Translations under genes and position numbers: made by a program
Shown here: positions 37,360 to 45,795 of the stretch, piece after piece
Numbering within the stretch: the first letter of the stretch is position 1
Layout of the letters: every line of letters starts with the position of its first letter
From: an uncultured Acidobacteriota bacterium
GTDB taxonomy: Bacteria; Acidobacteriota; Vicinamibacteria; Vicinamibacterales; UBA2999
Length of the DNA: 64,000 nt
Assembly: GCA_963729975.1 (NCBI GenBank)
Contig: CAVSPI010000001.1
Location: forward strand, 2,766,625 to 2,830,624
Direction of reading: 5' to 3'
The notes under the pieces: generated by a model
Told to the model about the DNA's origin: nothing
Databases searched by the model: none
What the model saw: only the letters and a program-made list of their open reading frames with translations

Positions 37360-37455
37360 ATGTCCGACGCGACCGCAGCCAATCACAAGGCGATTCTTGC
37401 CAACCAGAAGCAGATCCTGGCCAACCAGAAACTGATCCTGAAGAAACTGGGCTAG
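37360..37455 (+). CDS. Small ORF (31 aa) with heptad-like repeats: MSDATAANHKAILANQKQILANQKLILKKLG.
   Basis: ATG 37360 is preceded by AGGAGAC at an 8 nt spacing. It lies 35 bp downstream of the paralog-1 stop. The periodic ILANQK repeat suggests an amphipathic helix. Confidence 0.35.
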   Translation: MSDATAANHKAILANQKQILANQKLILKKLG

Positions 37456-37486
37456 CGAGTGCGGCCCGAAGTCGGGCTGATCTCTC

Positions 37487-37780
37487 GTGCCCGGCTGCGA
37501 GGAGACGATTCGCGTCAACGGCCGCGCGCGGCTCACCTCACCCGCGATCCGGCGCTGCTCCAGCCGTGCATCGTCGAAGGCAGGAAACACTGCTCGGCAT
37601 CGGCGTCGAGGTCGAGCAGTGCTTCCTGCATTGCGCCAAGGCCTTCCGTCGCTCCGGCCGGCGGCCGCCGATCTGGCCTCGCCCGCCTGTGTGCTGTTCG
37701 ACCAGATCAAGCCGGAGGGCGTGACCGTGAAGGATTACGAGCGCGCCCTCGCCCAAGGCCACGCGACGCGCCTCTATTGA
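37487..37780 (+). pseudogene. C-terminal fragment of a PPOX-class (pyridoxamine 5'-phosphate oxidase-like, FMN-binding split-barrel) gene, frameshifted.
   Basis: ETIRVNGRARLTSDPALLQPCIVEGRKH ... FDQIKPEGVTVKDYERALAQGHATRLY lie in two frames; the N-terminal half is missing. Confidence 0.4.
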
Positions 37781-37848
37781 GGCGCACGTCGCGCCGGGGC
37801 ACAAGGCGTCGGCCGCGGGTCGAATAGGGTATAAGAAGCGGACAAAGG

Positions 37849-39900
37849 ATGACCGTGTCTATGAGAACTCTTTCGTGCGTGCTGGTGTCGCTCGGTATCG
37901 GGCTCCTGGCCGCGTCGGCGCAGACGCGCGCGGCGCAGGCGCCGGCGCCGGCCGCCCCCTGTGAACCGGCGGGACCAATCCGCTTCGTCTGCAACCAGGC
38001 CGGCCCGGAAGACCTGGTCCAGGTACCCGGCACGCCGTTCCTGATCGCGTCGGCCTACGGTCCCGAGGGCGGCGTGCATCTCGTCGACACCAAGACGGCC
38101 TCGTCGACGCGGCTGTTCCCGGGCGCCACCGCACGCGAACGGCTCGATGCGAAAACCTACGCCACCTGCCCAGGGCCACTGCAGGGCACCGACCGCGAGC
38201 GCTTCCGTACGCACGGGCTCGCCATCAAACGCGGCAGCGGAACGGTGCACACGCTCTACGTCGTGCATCACGGCACGCGCGAGTCGGTGGAGGTGTTCGA
38301 GCTGGACGTGCGGCCGAATCCGCCGGCGATCACCTGGATCGGCTGCGCCATCGCCCCGGATCCGATCGGGCTGAACGCTGTGGTTCCACTCCCCGACGGC
38401 GGCTTCGCCGCCACCAACTTCCAGCCGCGCGTGCCGGCCGGCGGCCGCGGCGGCGGCTTTCCGGCAGAGATGCTCGCCGGACAGCGCAACGGCGAAGTGT
38501 GGGAATGGCACACGGCGTCGGGCTGGGCCAAGGTGCCCGGCAGCGAGTCGGCCGCGGCCAACGGTTTGGAGATCTCGCCTGACGGCCGCTGGTACTACGT
38601 GGCGCAGTGGGGCAACCGCGCGTTCATGCGGCTGTCGCGCGGACAGACGCCGGTGCGCCGCGACGAAATCTCGCTGGGCTTCCGCGTCGACAATGTGCGC
38701 TGGGCGCCGGACGGCACGCTGCTCGTCGCCGGGCAGGGCGGCCCCGACACGGCGATCTTCGGGCGCGGGCGCGGCACACCGGCGCCAGATGCCGGCGTAG
38801 CCACGTCGACGATTGGCAAGGTCGATCCGCAGACGCTGACCTACCGCGAGATCATCAACTACCCGACGAGCACGGCGGTCAGCTTTGCGACCGTGGCCGT
38901 GCAGGTCGGCAACGAATTCTGGGTGGGCTCGGCCTTTGGCGATCGCGTCGCCCGCTATCCCGTGAGCGGGCTGGGGCCGGTGCGCGCCGCCTCCCTCGCA
39001 CCGCCGGTCTTCCATCATCTGCACTTCAACTCCACCGATCCGGCGGCGACCATCGCCGGCTACCAGAAGCTCTGGCCCGAGACGACGAAGAAGGCCACGA
39101 TCGGCGGCTTCGAGGGCCTCGAGAACGGCCGACTCTACCTGCTGTGGAACAAGGTGTCGAGCGCCCCTCCGGTGCAGCCGCAGAGCGCGTACTGGCATCA
39201 GGTGTGGCTGACGCCTGACGTGCGCCGCTACGTCGCCCGCGCGCGCTCGCACGGCATGCAGCCGGAGCCGCTCTACACCTCGGACGAGGGCGGGACGGTG
39301 GAGATCAGCAGCGACACGCTGCCCGGCACGTTGACAAAGAGCGCGCTCGCAGAGGCCAAGGCGAAAGGCGTCGCGCCCACGCGCCAGGCGGGCTACACCT
39401 ACATCGCGGGACCGGACGGTCTCTCGGTCGAGGGCTTCGAGCGCGCCGGCGAGACCGAGCGGCTCGGCCAGATCGACATGTGGCAGGACAACCCGGTGTG
39501 CGCGGAACTCTGGTACGCGAGGCATCTGGGCGCGACGCGGCGGGCGCCGGCGGGCAACGCACCGCAACCCACGGAAAGCACCTGCATGGTGGCGACCGGC
39601 GAGCCGAGCTGGCCGTCGACGATGCCGCAGGGCACGCGGCGGACGCCGAGCGGACGCGCGGCGTATGGCGACGTCGCGTTGTTCTGGTACACCCGCCCGG
39701 GCAATCAGCCGCTGGCGAGCACACGCGGCCAGAAGGTGGATCACCTCGCGTTCGCGGTACGCGATCTCGAGGCCTGGGTGGCCAAGCTGAAAAGCGAGAA
39801 CGTCACGATCCTGCGCGGCCCATACAACTTCGGCACGTCGAAGGCCGTGCTGATCGAAGGCCCGAGCCACGAAGCCATCGAACTGGTGGAAGAGCGGTGA
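37849..39900 (+). CDS. Secreted fusion protein: N-terminal SMP-30/gluconolactonase/paraoxonase-like beta-propeller plus C-terminal VOC (glyoxalase-like) domain.
   Basis: Signal peptide MTVSMRTLSCVLVSLGIGLLAASAQ. Propeller-like segments follow (HGLAIKRGSGTVHTLYVVHHG, ANGLEISPDGRWYYVAQWGNRAF, LLVAGQGGPD). VOC signatures are VFHHLHFNSTDPAATIAGYQKLW...VDHLAFAVRDLEAWVAKLKSENVTILRGPYNFGTSKAVLIEGPSHEAIELVE. An intact 683-aa ORF. Confidence 0.85.
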   Translation: MTVSMRTLSCVLVSLGIGLLAASAQTRAAQAPAPAAPCEPAGPIRFVCNQAGPEDLVQVPGTPFLIASAYGPEGGVHLVDTKTASSTRLFPGATARERLDAKTYATCPGPLQGTDRERFRTHGLAIKRGSGTVHTLYVVHHGTRESVEVFELDVRPNPPAITWIGCAIAPDPIGLNAVVPLPDGGFAATNFQPRVPAGGRGGGFPAEMLAGQRNGEVWEWHTASGWAKVPGSESAAANGLEISPDGRWYYVAQWGNRAFMRLSRGQTPVRRDEISLGFRVDNVRWAPDGTLLVAGQGGPDTAIFGRGRGTPAPDAGVATSTIGKVDPQTLTYREIINYPTSTAVSFATVAVQVGNEFWVGSAFGDRVARYPVSGLGPVRAASLAPPVFHHLHFNSTDPAATIAGYQKLWPETTKKATIGGFEGLENGRLYLLWNKVSSAPPVQPQSAYWHQVWLTPDVRRYVARARSHGMQPEPLYTSDEGGTVEISSDTLPGTLTKSALAEAKAKGVAPTRQAGYTYIAGPDGLSVEGFERAGETERLGQIDMWQDNPVCAELWYARHLGATRRAPAGNAPQPTESTCMVATGEPSWPSTMPQGTRRTPSGRAAYGDVALFWYTRPGNQPLASTRGQKVDHLAFAVRDLEAWVAKLKSENVTILRGPYNFGTSKAVLIEGPSHEAIELVEER

Positions 39901-39902
39901 TG

Positions 39903-40012
39903 AGGTCCGGCGAAAGCCGGACCCTGTAAGCAGGTCCGGCGAAAGCCGGACCCTGTAAGCAGGTCCGGCGAAAGCCGGACCCTGAAGCAGGTCCGGCGAA
40001 AGCCGGACCTCA
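39903..40012. repeat. Four tandem copies of a 28-29 bp unit AGGTCCGGCGAAAGCCGGACCCTGTAAGC (hairpin GTCCGGC-GAAA-GCCGGAC).
   Basis: Direct inspection. Copies begin at 39903, 39932, 39961 and 39989. The last two copies are degenerate in the tail. Confidence 0.9.
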
Positions 40013-40054
40013 CAACACAGACTGACGAAGCATCATAGGGTCCGGCCCGGGCCC

Positions 40055-40387
40055 TCAGAATCGCTCGCGCCTGTGTGTCGAGAGATGCGTGGCGAGCAGC
40101 GCCAGCGCCGCCGGTGTCGCCTGCACGAAGAGGATCGACAGCTTCGCCGTGAGCGCGCCGAAGACCCCGGCGGCCACAATGCAGCCGAGGAAGAACATCT
40201 TCACGTCGCGGCGATCGGTCCACAATCCCCACCCGAGACCTGCCGCAAGGAAGCCGTTGTAGAGGCCCTGGCTCTTGGCCAGCACGGCAGACGCCGCCGA
40301 CTCCTGCACCGTCAGGTTGAAGACCTCGCGCCCGATCGGATGATCCCAGAAGAACATCTCGAGCACGAGGAAGACGAGGTGGCTCAC
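40055..40387 (-). CDS. DUF1304-family small membrane protein.
   Basis: (GTG)MSHLVFLVLEMFFWDHPIGREVFNLTVQESAASAVLAKSQGLYNGFLAAGLGWGLW...MFFLGCIVAAGVFGALTAKLSILFVQATPAALALL. Three to four TM helices. Confidence 0.7.
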   Translation of the reverse strand: MSHLVFLVLEMFFWDHPIGREVFNLTVQESAASAVLAKSQGLYNGFLAAGLGWGLWTDRRDVKMFFLGCIVAAGVFGALTAKLSILFVQATPAALALLATHLSTHRRERF

Positions 40388-40497
40388 CGCAACGAGCGCC
40401 GTCAGCGCGATCGAGATCGACTTCAGAGAGACCTCCCCGTTCTAAACGCTCGAGACGCCATCCCGACGCTCACTCGACAGCTCGAACTCCTCGCTTG

Positions 40498-40530
40498 AGC
40501 ATTGAGCATTGAGCATTGAGCATTGGACGC
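40498..40530. repeat. Tandem heptamer (GAGCATT x4, equivalent to CAATGCT x4 on the minus strand), upstream of the DUF1304 gene.
   Basis: Direct inspection. It is the same CAATGC heptamer family as the inverted pair at 34719-34832. Confidence 0.85.
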
Positions 40531-40534
40531 CCTG

Positions 40535-41161
40535 CTACGGCTTCGGAATGCGGATGGTGCTGATCATCGCACTGCCGCTGGCTGCGTAAACGAGCGCCAA
40601 CGGGTGCAGCAGCGCCGGCCCCACCTGCAGCGCGCCGAACCAGAGATCGGCGTCCGTCCGCTCCAGCCTGAACGCCAGCGCCAGAAGCCCGACGATGACG
40701 ATGCTGGTGGGGATGGGGGTGCCTTCGAAGTACTTCACCTTGCCGGTCGTCGTATCGGAGAGCGCCGCCGCGGTGACATTGAACCGGGCGAGGCGGCTGA
40801 CGCCGCAGACGACGAAGTAAGTGAGGCACAGCATGTCCCAGCCGCCGCGCAGCCCGAGCGTGAATCCGAGCACGGCTGGCGCCACGCCAAAGGAGATGAC
40901 GTCCGCCAGCGAGTCGAGGTCGCCGCCGAGCACCGACTGCCGGTGCTTCTGCGCGCGCGCGACCTGGCCGTCGAGGACATCGCACAGCAGCGCCAGCGCC
41001 AGCAGTACGAACGCGATCCAGAGGAAGCGGTTGCTGCCGGTGGCGACGTAGTCGAGGCAGAGGAACAGGGCAATCGTGCCGCAGCTGGCGTTGCCGATCG
41101 TCAGCGCGTCGGCGGCGGTGTAGGACCGCAGCATCGAGAAGGGCGGGTGGCGGTCGGCCAT
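40535..41161 (-). CDS. CDP-alcohol phosphatidyltransferase (PssA-type CDP-diacylglycerol--serine O-phosphatidyltransferase-like).
   Basis: MADRHPPFSMLRSYTAADALTIGNASCGTIALFL...LLCDVLDGQVARAQKHRQSVLGGDLDSLADVISFGVAPA carries the CDP-OH_P_transf motif D-G-x2-A-R-x8-G-x3-D-x3-D. ATG confirmed at 41159-41161. The upstream 110 codons of the track ORF are non-protein-like. Confidence 0.8.
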   Translation of the reverse strand: MADRHPPFSMLRSYTAADALTIGNASCGTIALFLCLDYVATGSNRFLWIAFVLLALALLCDVLDGQVARAQKHRQSVLGGDLDSLADVISFGVAPAVLGFTLGLRGGWDMLCLTYFVVCGVSRLARFNVTAAALSDTTTGKVKYFEGTPIPTSIVIVGLLALAFRLERTDADLWFGALQVGPALLHPLALVYAASGSAMISTIRIPKP

Positions 41162-41264
41162 GACACAGCATAGGTTACGCGGTCGGGCGATGCCGCCGCT
41201 CGGGAAGGGCGATAGAATCGCCCACACAGGAGCTGGCGTTCCGGCGTTCTGAATGGAGTGTTCG

Positions 41265-42797
41265 ATGAAACAAGCTGTGAATCGCTCGCGGGTGCGTCCG
41301 GTCTGGCGGTCGGCGATGCTCGCATGTGCCGGGGTCCTCGGGACGGCGGTCGTTCTCGTCGGCCAGCAGAATTCCACGGTGCCGCAGCCGCGCGCCGATC
41401 GGCTGCCGCCGCCTGGTCCGGCCAGTCCCAAGCCGAGCCGTGGCGTGCCGCGTGCTGATGGCATGATGCCGACGGTGCCCGCCGGCTTCACAGTGACGAG
41501 CTATGCCGAGCTGCAGGCGCCGCGGATGATGGTCTACGCGCCGAACGGCGACCTGTTCGTCAGCTCGCCGGCCGCCAACAACATCACGGTGTTGCGCGAC
41601 GCCAACAACGATGGCGTCTTCGAGTCGCGCGGCGTCTTTGCGCAGGGCGACCCGCCCGCCGGACGCCGCGGCGGCGGCCCGCCGCCGAGCGCCCCAAGCC
41701 GCACCGCAGGCGCCGCGCGCCGGCGCAGCGAATCCCGCGCAGGCGGGTGCCGCTCCGCAGGCGGGCGCTCAGCCGGCTGCGCCGCAAGCCGCGGCGCCGC
41801 AGGCCGCACGCGGCGCCGGCGCACCGCCGCCAGCACCAGCGGCCGGCCGCGGTCCCTCGATTCTCGGCGCCAACGCGCCGGCGTGCGAGGCGCCGCCGGA
41901 GTTCGTGAAGCGCGGTGCCCGGTGCGATCCAGGCGCCGTTCGGCCTCGCCTTCCACGATGGCTATCTCTACGTCGGCAACACGGCCTCGCTCGTCCGCTA
42001 CAAGTACGCCGAGCGGCGATCTGCAGGCGCAGGGCGCGCCCGAGAAGCTGATGGACCTGCCGCCCGGCGGTCACTACCACGCGCAACATCCTGTTCAACC
42101 GCGCCGGCACGAAGATGTACATCGCCGTCGGCTCGCGCTCGAACAACGACGCCGGCGAAGACTGCCGCCGCGCCGCCATTCTCGAGTTCAATCCCGGACG
42201 GCAGCGGTTTCCGCGTGTACGCGTCGGGCATTCGCAACCCGGTCGGCCTGGCGTTGCAGCCGGGCACCGACATCATCTGGACGGCGATGAACGAGCGCGA
42301 CAACCTCGGCGACGATCTCGTGCCCGACTACGCGACGTCGGTCAAGGAAGGCGGCTTCTACGGCTGGCCGTATTCCTACATCGGCAAGAACTACGACCCG
42401 CGCTACGTCGGCGCGTTTCCCGATCTCGTCAACAAGCACGATCGTTCCCGACGTGCTGATGCCGGCGCATGCGGCCGCGCTCGGCATCACGTTCTACACC
42501 GGCACGCAGTTCCCGCAGCGCTATCGCAATGGCGGCTTCGTGGCGCTGCACGGCTCGTGGAACCGCTCGGTGGCCTCGGGCTACAAGGTCGTCTTCTTTC
42601 CGATGAACAACGGCACGACCGGGACCGATCGAGGACTTCCTGTCCGGCTTCCTCACGACCACCGGCACGGACGGGACGCCCATCCAGACGTGGGGCCGCC
42701 CGGTCGGCGTCACCGTCGCACCCGATGGCGCGCTGCTCGTCTCCGACGACGGCAGCAACCGGATCTGGAAAATCAGCGCGTCGGCGAGCGCGCGGTA
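41265..42797 (+). pseudogene. PQQ-dependent sugar / L-sorbosone dehydrogenase-like beta-propeller, secreted, broken by at least 4 frameshifts.
   Basis: Segments in different frames: MKQAVNRSRVRPVWRSAMLACAGVLGTAVVLVGQ...FTVTSYAELQAPRMMVYAPNGDLFVSSPAANNITVLRDANNDGVFESRGVFAQG / ...[27 protein letters not shown] / [16 protein letters not shown] / ...[72 protein letters not shown] / ...[46 protein letters not shown] / ...[35 protein letters not shown]. Confidence 0.7.
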
Positions 42798-42841
42798 GTG
42801 CACGACTCGCGACTAGACAGCGCACCCTTCGGGGTGCGCTG

Positions 42842-42940
42842 ATGTCGCGCAGGGCCTTCATCGTCGGCGCCGGCATCGGCGGACTTGCCGCCGGCCTGGC
42901 GCAGCGGCGATCAGGCGGCCGCCGCGCGCACACAGATCAG
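42842..42940 (+). pseudogene. Approximately 25-codon remnant of an FAD-dependent monooxygenase N-terminus (Rossmann GxGxxG), overlapped by the downstream convergent gene.
   Basis: [26 protein letters not shown], then loss of protein-like sequence. Only the dinucleotide-binding motif survives. Confidence 0.3.
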
Positions 42941-43446
42941 CGTGCGGCCGGCGGCGGCGTGTCGTTCGATGCCGTGCGGCGCTTGAAGCGCCAGCGGCCG
43001 CCCTCGCGCACCAGCATGTCGTCGTAACGGCCGGCCTGGGAGATGACGGTGCCCTGCGGGCCGGGCACGACGAACGCCCAGCGCGACCACGCCGTGGCCG
43101 TATCACCCTCGACCGTGATGACGAAGTTCGAGAGCAGGTGGTAGTTGTTCGCGCGGTTGGGCCCGGTGCCCATATTCTTCTCCATGAACGCCTTGATCGA
43201 GGCCGGTCCGGACACCTTGCCGAAGCCGCCGATCCACTCGCCATCCTTGGCGAAGAGGCTCGAGTAGGCGGCGAAGTCGCGGCCATCGAGATGCCGGCCG
43301 TAGTCGAGCAGCAGCCGCTGGATCTCGTCCTTGTCCTCCAGCCGCTGCAGCCGCACGTCGGCCGATTCCGTCGAACGCGGCGCCTGCGCCGACGCCGTCG
43401 GCGCGAACGCGATCAGCAGCAGGATGGCCGCGGTGGCCTGTCGCAT
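42937..43446 (-). CDS. Secreted SnoaL-like / DUF4440 (NTF2 fold) protein; second copy in the window.
   Basis: GGAGGG lies 9 nt before ATG 43446. Signal peptide [22 protein letters not shown]. ...[34 protein letters not shown]...[26 protein letters not shown]...[19 protein letters not shown]. Confidence 0.75.
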   Translation of the reverse strand: MRQATAAILLLIAFAPTASAQAPRSTESADVRLQRLEDKDEIQRLLLDYGRHLDGRDFAAYSSLFAKDGEWIGGFGKVSGPASIKAFMEKNMGTGPNRANNYHLLSNFVITVEGDTATAWSRWAFVVPGPQGTVISQAGRYDDMLVREGGRWRFKRRTASNDTPPPAAR

Positions 43447-43449
43447 GAA

Positions 43450-44799
43450 CATGAACCCTCCTTCACTTGGTCGTTGCATCGCGTTGAATCTGCCCAACCA
43501 GCTTTGCCGGATGGCATCGGGCTGCGGCGCGAACTTCTGCACGCGGCCGCCGAAGCAGTCTGCCACGTATAGATTGCTCTCCTGATCGGTGGACACGCTG
43601 TGCGGACAGGTCAGACGCCCAGGCTGACCACCGGGCGCGCCCCAGCTGTAGAGAAAGTTGCCGTCGAGATCGAACTTCATGATCCGGTTGGTCCCGGTGT
43701 CGCCCGCCCAGATGAACTGGTCTGTGGTGATGAGGTGATTCACGACCAGCGTGTTCAGCCCCTTCCGGCCAGTGCGGCGAGCGCAGCGGCCACATGTCGA
43801 GGAACGTGCCGTTCACGTCGAACACCTGCATCCGCTGATGACCGCGGTCGACGCGAAGACGCGGCGGTCGGCGCTGATGGCGATGCTGTGCGGGACGCTG
43901 AACTCCGACGGACCGGGATTGGCCGGATCGACGGGCGGCGCTCCCCAGTCCATCAGGAAGCGATCGCTGGCGTCGAACTTGGCGACGCGCGCACCGCCGT
44001 AGCCGTCGCTGATGAAATAGGTGCCGTCCGGAAGCCAGGCGATGTCGGTCGGCCGGTCGAAGGTGTTCGGGCCGCGGCCGCGCACGCCGGCCTGACCGAG
44101 CGTGTGCTCGAGGCGGCCGTCGTAGGTGAAGCGATGGATGACGTGCAGCTGGTCGTCGATCACCCAGACGTGCTTGTCGGGATCGTACGGGTTCATCTTG
44201 ATCGAATGCGGTCCGCGTCCGCATGGCAGCTGACCGAAGAGCGCGTCGTGCCGCGGCCACTCGTCGACCAGCGCACCGGTGCGGTCGACGACGATGATCA
44301 CGTGCTCGAAGCGGCGCTCCCAGCCGCGGCGTGTGGCCGTCGGCTCGCAGGTGGCGGTGACGCCGTCGGTGTTGCTGTTGCTGATGCCGCGCGACGGCTC
44401 GAGGCTCGCGTACGGCGTCCAGGGCGCAGCGCCCTCGGGCAGCGGCAGTTCACCGCGCTGCGCGATCCAGATCCGGTCCGGCGTCTCGGCGAAGACCCCA
44501 CCCATCGACCCCCATGTCCAGCCATCGTGCGCATGCCGTGTGTCGGGCAGCGGCCGCGGCCAGTTCTCCACGATCTGGTACGGGCCAAACGGCCAGTCCT
44601 GCGTGCTGTGCCGCACCGCGGCCGGCAAAGCCGGCGCTGACGAGGCCGGCGCCGTCGAGGCTGGCACTGTAGCGGCCGGCTCGTCGCTCGACGACCCGCA
44701 CGCCGACAACAATAACGCCACCGACGACACGGCCACCAGCCGACGCACCCGACGCTGCTCCTGTAAACGCACGCACGCTCCCTTGCTGTTGACGCTCAC
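43450..44799 (-). pseudogene. NHL-repeat lipoprotein, frameshifted at least twice. Its last segment reads through into the downstream SnoaL gene with no stop.
   Basis: 43813..44799: MSVNSKGACVRLQEQRRVRRLVAVSSVALLLSACGSS...PHSIAISADRRVF. 43463..44260: ...LRVDRGHQRMQVFDVNGTFLDMWPL. 42937..43743: ...HLITTDQFIWAGDTGTNRIMKFDLDGNFLYSWGAPGGQPGRLTCPHSVSTDQESNLYVADCFGGRVQKFAPQ. Confidence 0.6.
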
Positions 44800-44803
44800 G
44801 CGC

Positions 44804-45543
44804 TCACGACGCCGGCGGCAGACGCTTGAGCAGCGCCTCCGCCGTGCGGAACCATGGCCGCTCCCGGCGCTGCAGGTAGCGGGGCATCGTCGGCTTCTTG
44901 GCGAGGACCCGCTGCGCCCACTCGCGCGCCTCGCTGCTGCGCTGCAGCGACGCCAGGAACGAGGCGTAGTAACAGTAGGCCTCGGACGACGTGGACATCT
45001 CCGTCGCCTGGCGGAAGAGCGCCTCGGCCTTCACCGGCTCGCCAGTGTTCGCATACGCGTGCGCCAGCAGCGCCATCGCGCGATGGAAGTCGTACTTCGC
45101 GTCGAGGGCGGCCACGCGCTCGAGGTCGGCCACGGCTGCGGCATAGTCGCCCAGGCGGATGGCCGCATAGCCGCGGCGGTAGAGCGGGTCGGCGTGGGTC
45201 GTGCGCGCCGAGATTGCCTTGTCGTAGCAGTCGCGTGCCCGCGTGAACTGTTCCTCGTCGAGATACAGGTCGCCAAGCTCCTCGTAGTTGCCGGCCGCCG
45301 GATTCTCGAGCACCACCGCCTCGAGCTGCCGAATCCGCTTGCGGCGTCCCACGGCGTCGAGCGTCTGCCGCAGCAGACCGAGGTCCGGCACCATCTCCAT
45401 CAGGATGTAGACGAGCGCGCCCGGCGGACCCAGGAAGATGATCACCCACAGCCACATCGTCTCCGGCCGCCGGCGGATGAAGTGCACGACCGCCGCCGCC
45501 TGCAGCACGATGCCCCACGGGTACAGGAAGGAGAAGAAACCCA
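44804..45543 (-). CDS. Membrane protein with two N-terminal TM helices followed by TPR repeats.
   Basis: MGFFSFLYPWGIVLQAAAVVHFIRRRPETMWLWVIIFLGPPGALVYILMEMVPDLGLL is followed by TPR-like repeats (GDLYLDEEQFTRARDCYDKAISA, YRRGYAAIRLGDYAAAVADLERVAALD, MALLAHAYANTGEPVKAEALFRQA). ATG confirmed at 45541-45543. The upstream 197 codons of the track ORF are non-protein-like. Confidence 0.75.
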
Positions 45544-45589
45544 TGCCTCGATCAGCGGATGCGTGCGCAGTATAGCCCCGACGCAGCGC

Positions 45590-45790
45590 GACGCACGGGC
45601 CGGTTCGAGCCGCCCGGCAGGCGGCGCGTCCGACAGGACGCGCCCTACGATGCAAAAGGACACGCCCTACGGTCGAAGGTCGCGCCGGGCCAGGGGAACG
45701 AACGCGCGACGGTGGGAAAAACGCGTCGGACGAGGGGAACGAACGCGCCGGGCGAGGGAATGACGTAGGGCCGGTCCGTTCGAACCGGCC
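45590..45790. repeat. REP-like cluster. Elements: GCGTCCGACAGGACGCGCCCTACG; GGACACGCCCTACGG; palindrome GTCGCGCCGGGCCAGGGGAACGAACGCGCGAC; direct repeat AGGGGAACGAACGCGC x2; and GTAGGGCCGGTCCGTTCGAACCGGCC.
   Basis: Direct inspection of the intergenic region between two convergent minus-strand genes. Confidence 0.75.
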
Positions 45791-45795
45791 AGCGA

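Noticed and set aside
39903-40012. Possible CRISPR array
   Set aside because: The repeats are directly adjacent with no unique spacers and no cas genes. It is a REP/BIME-type tandem hairpin array.
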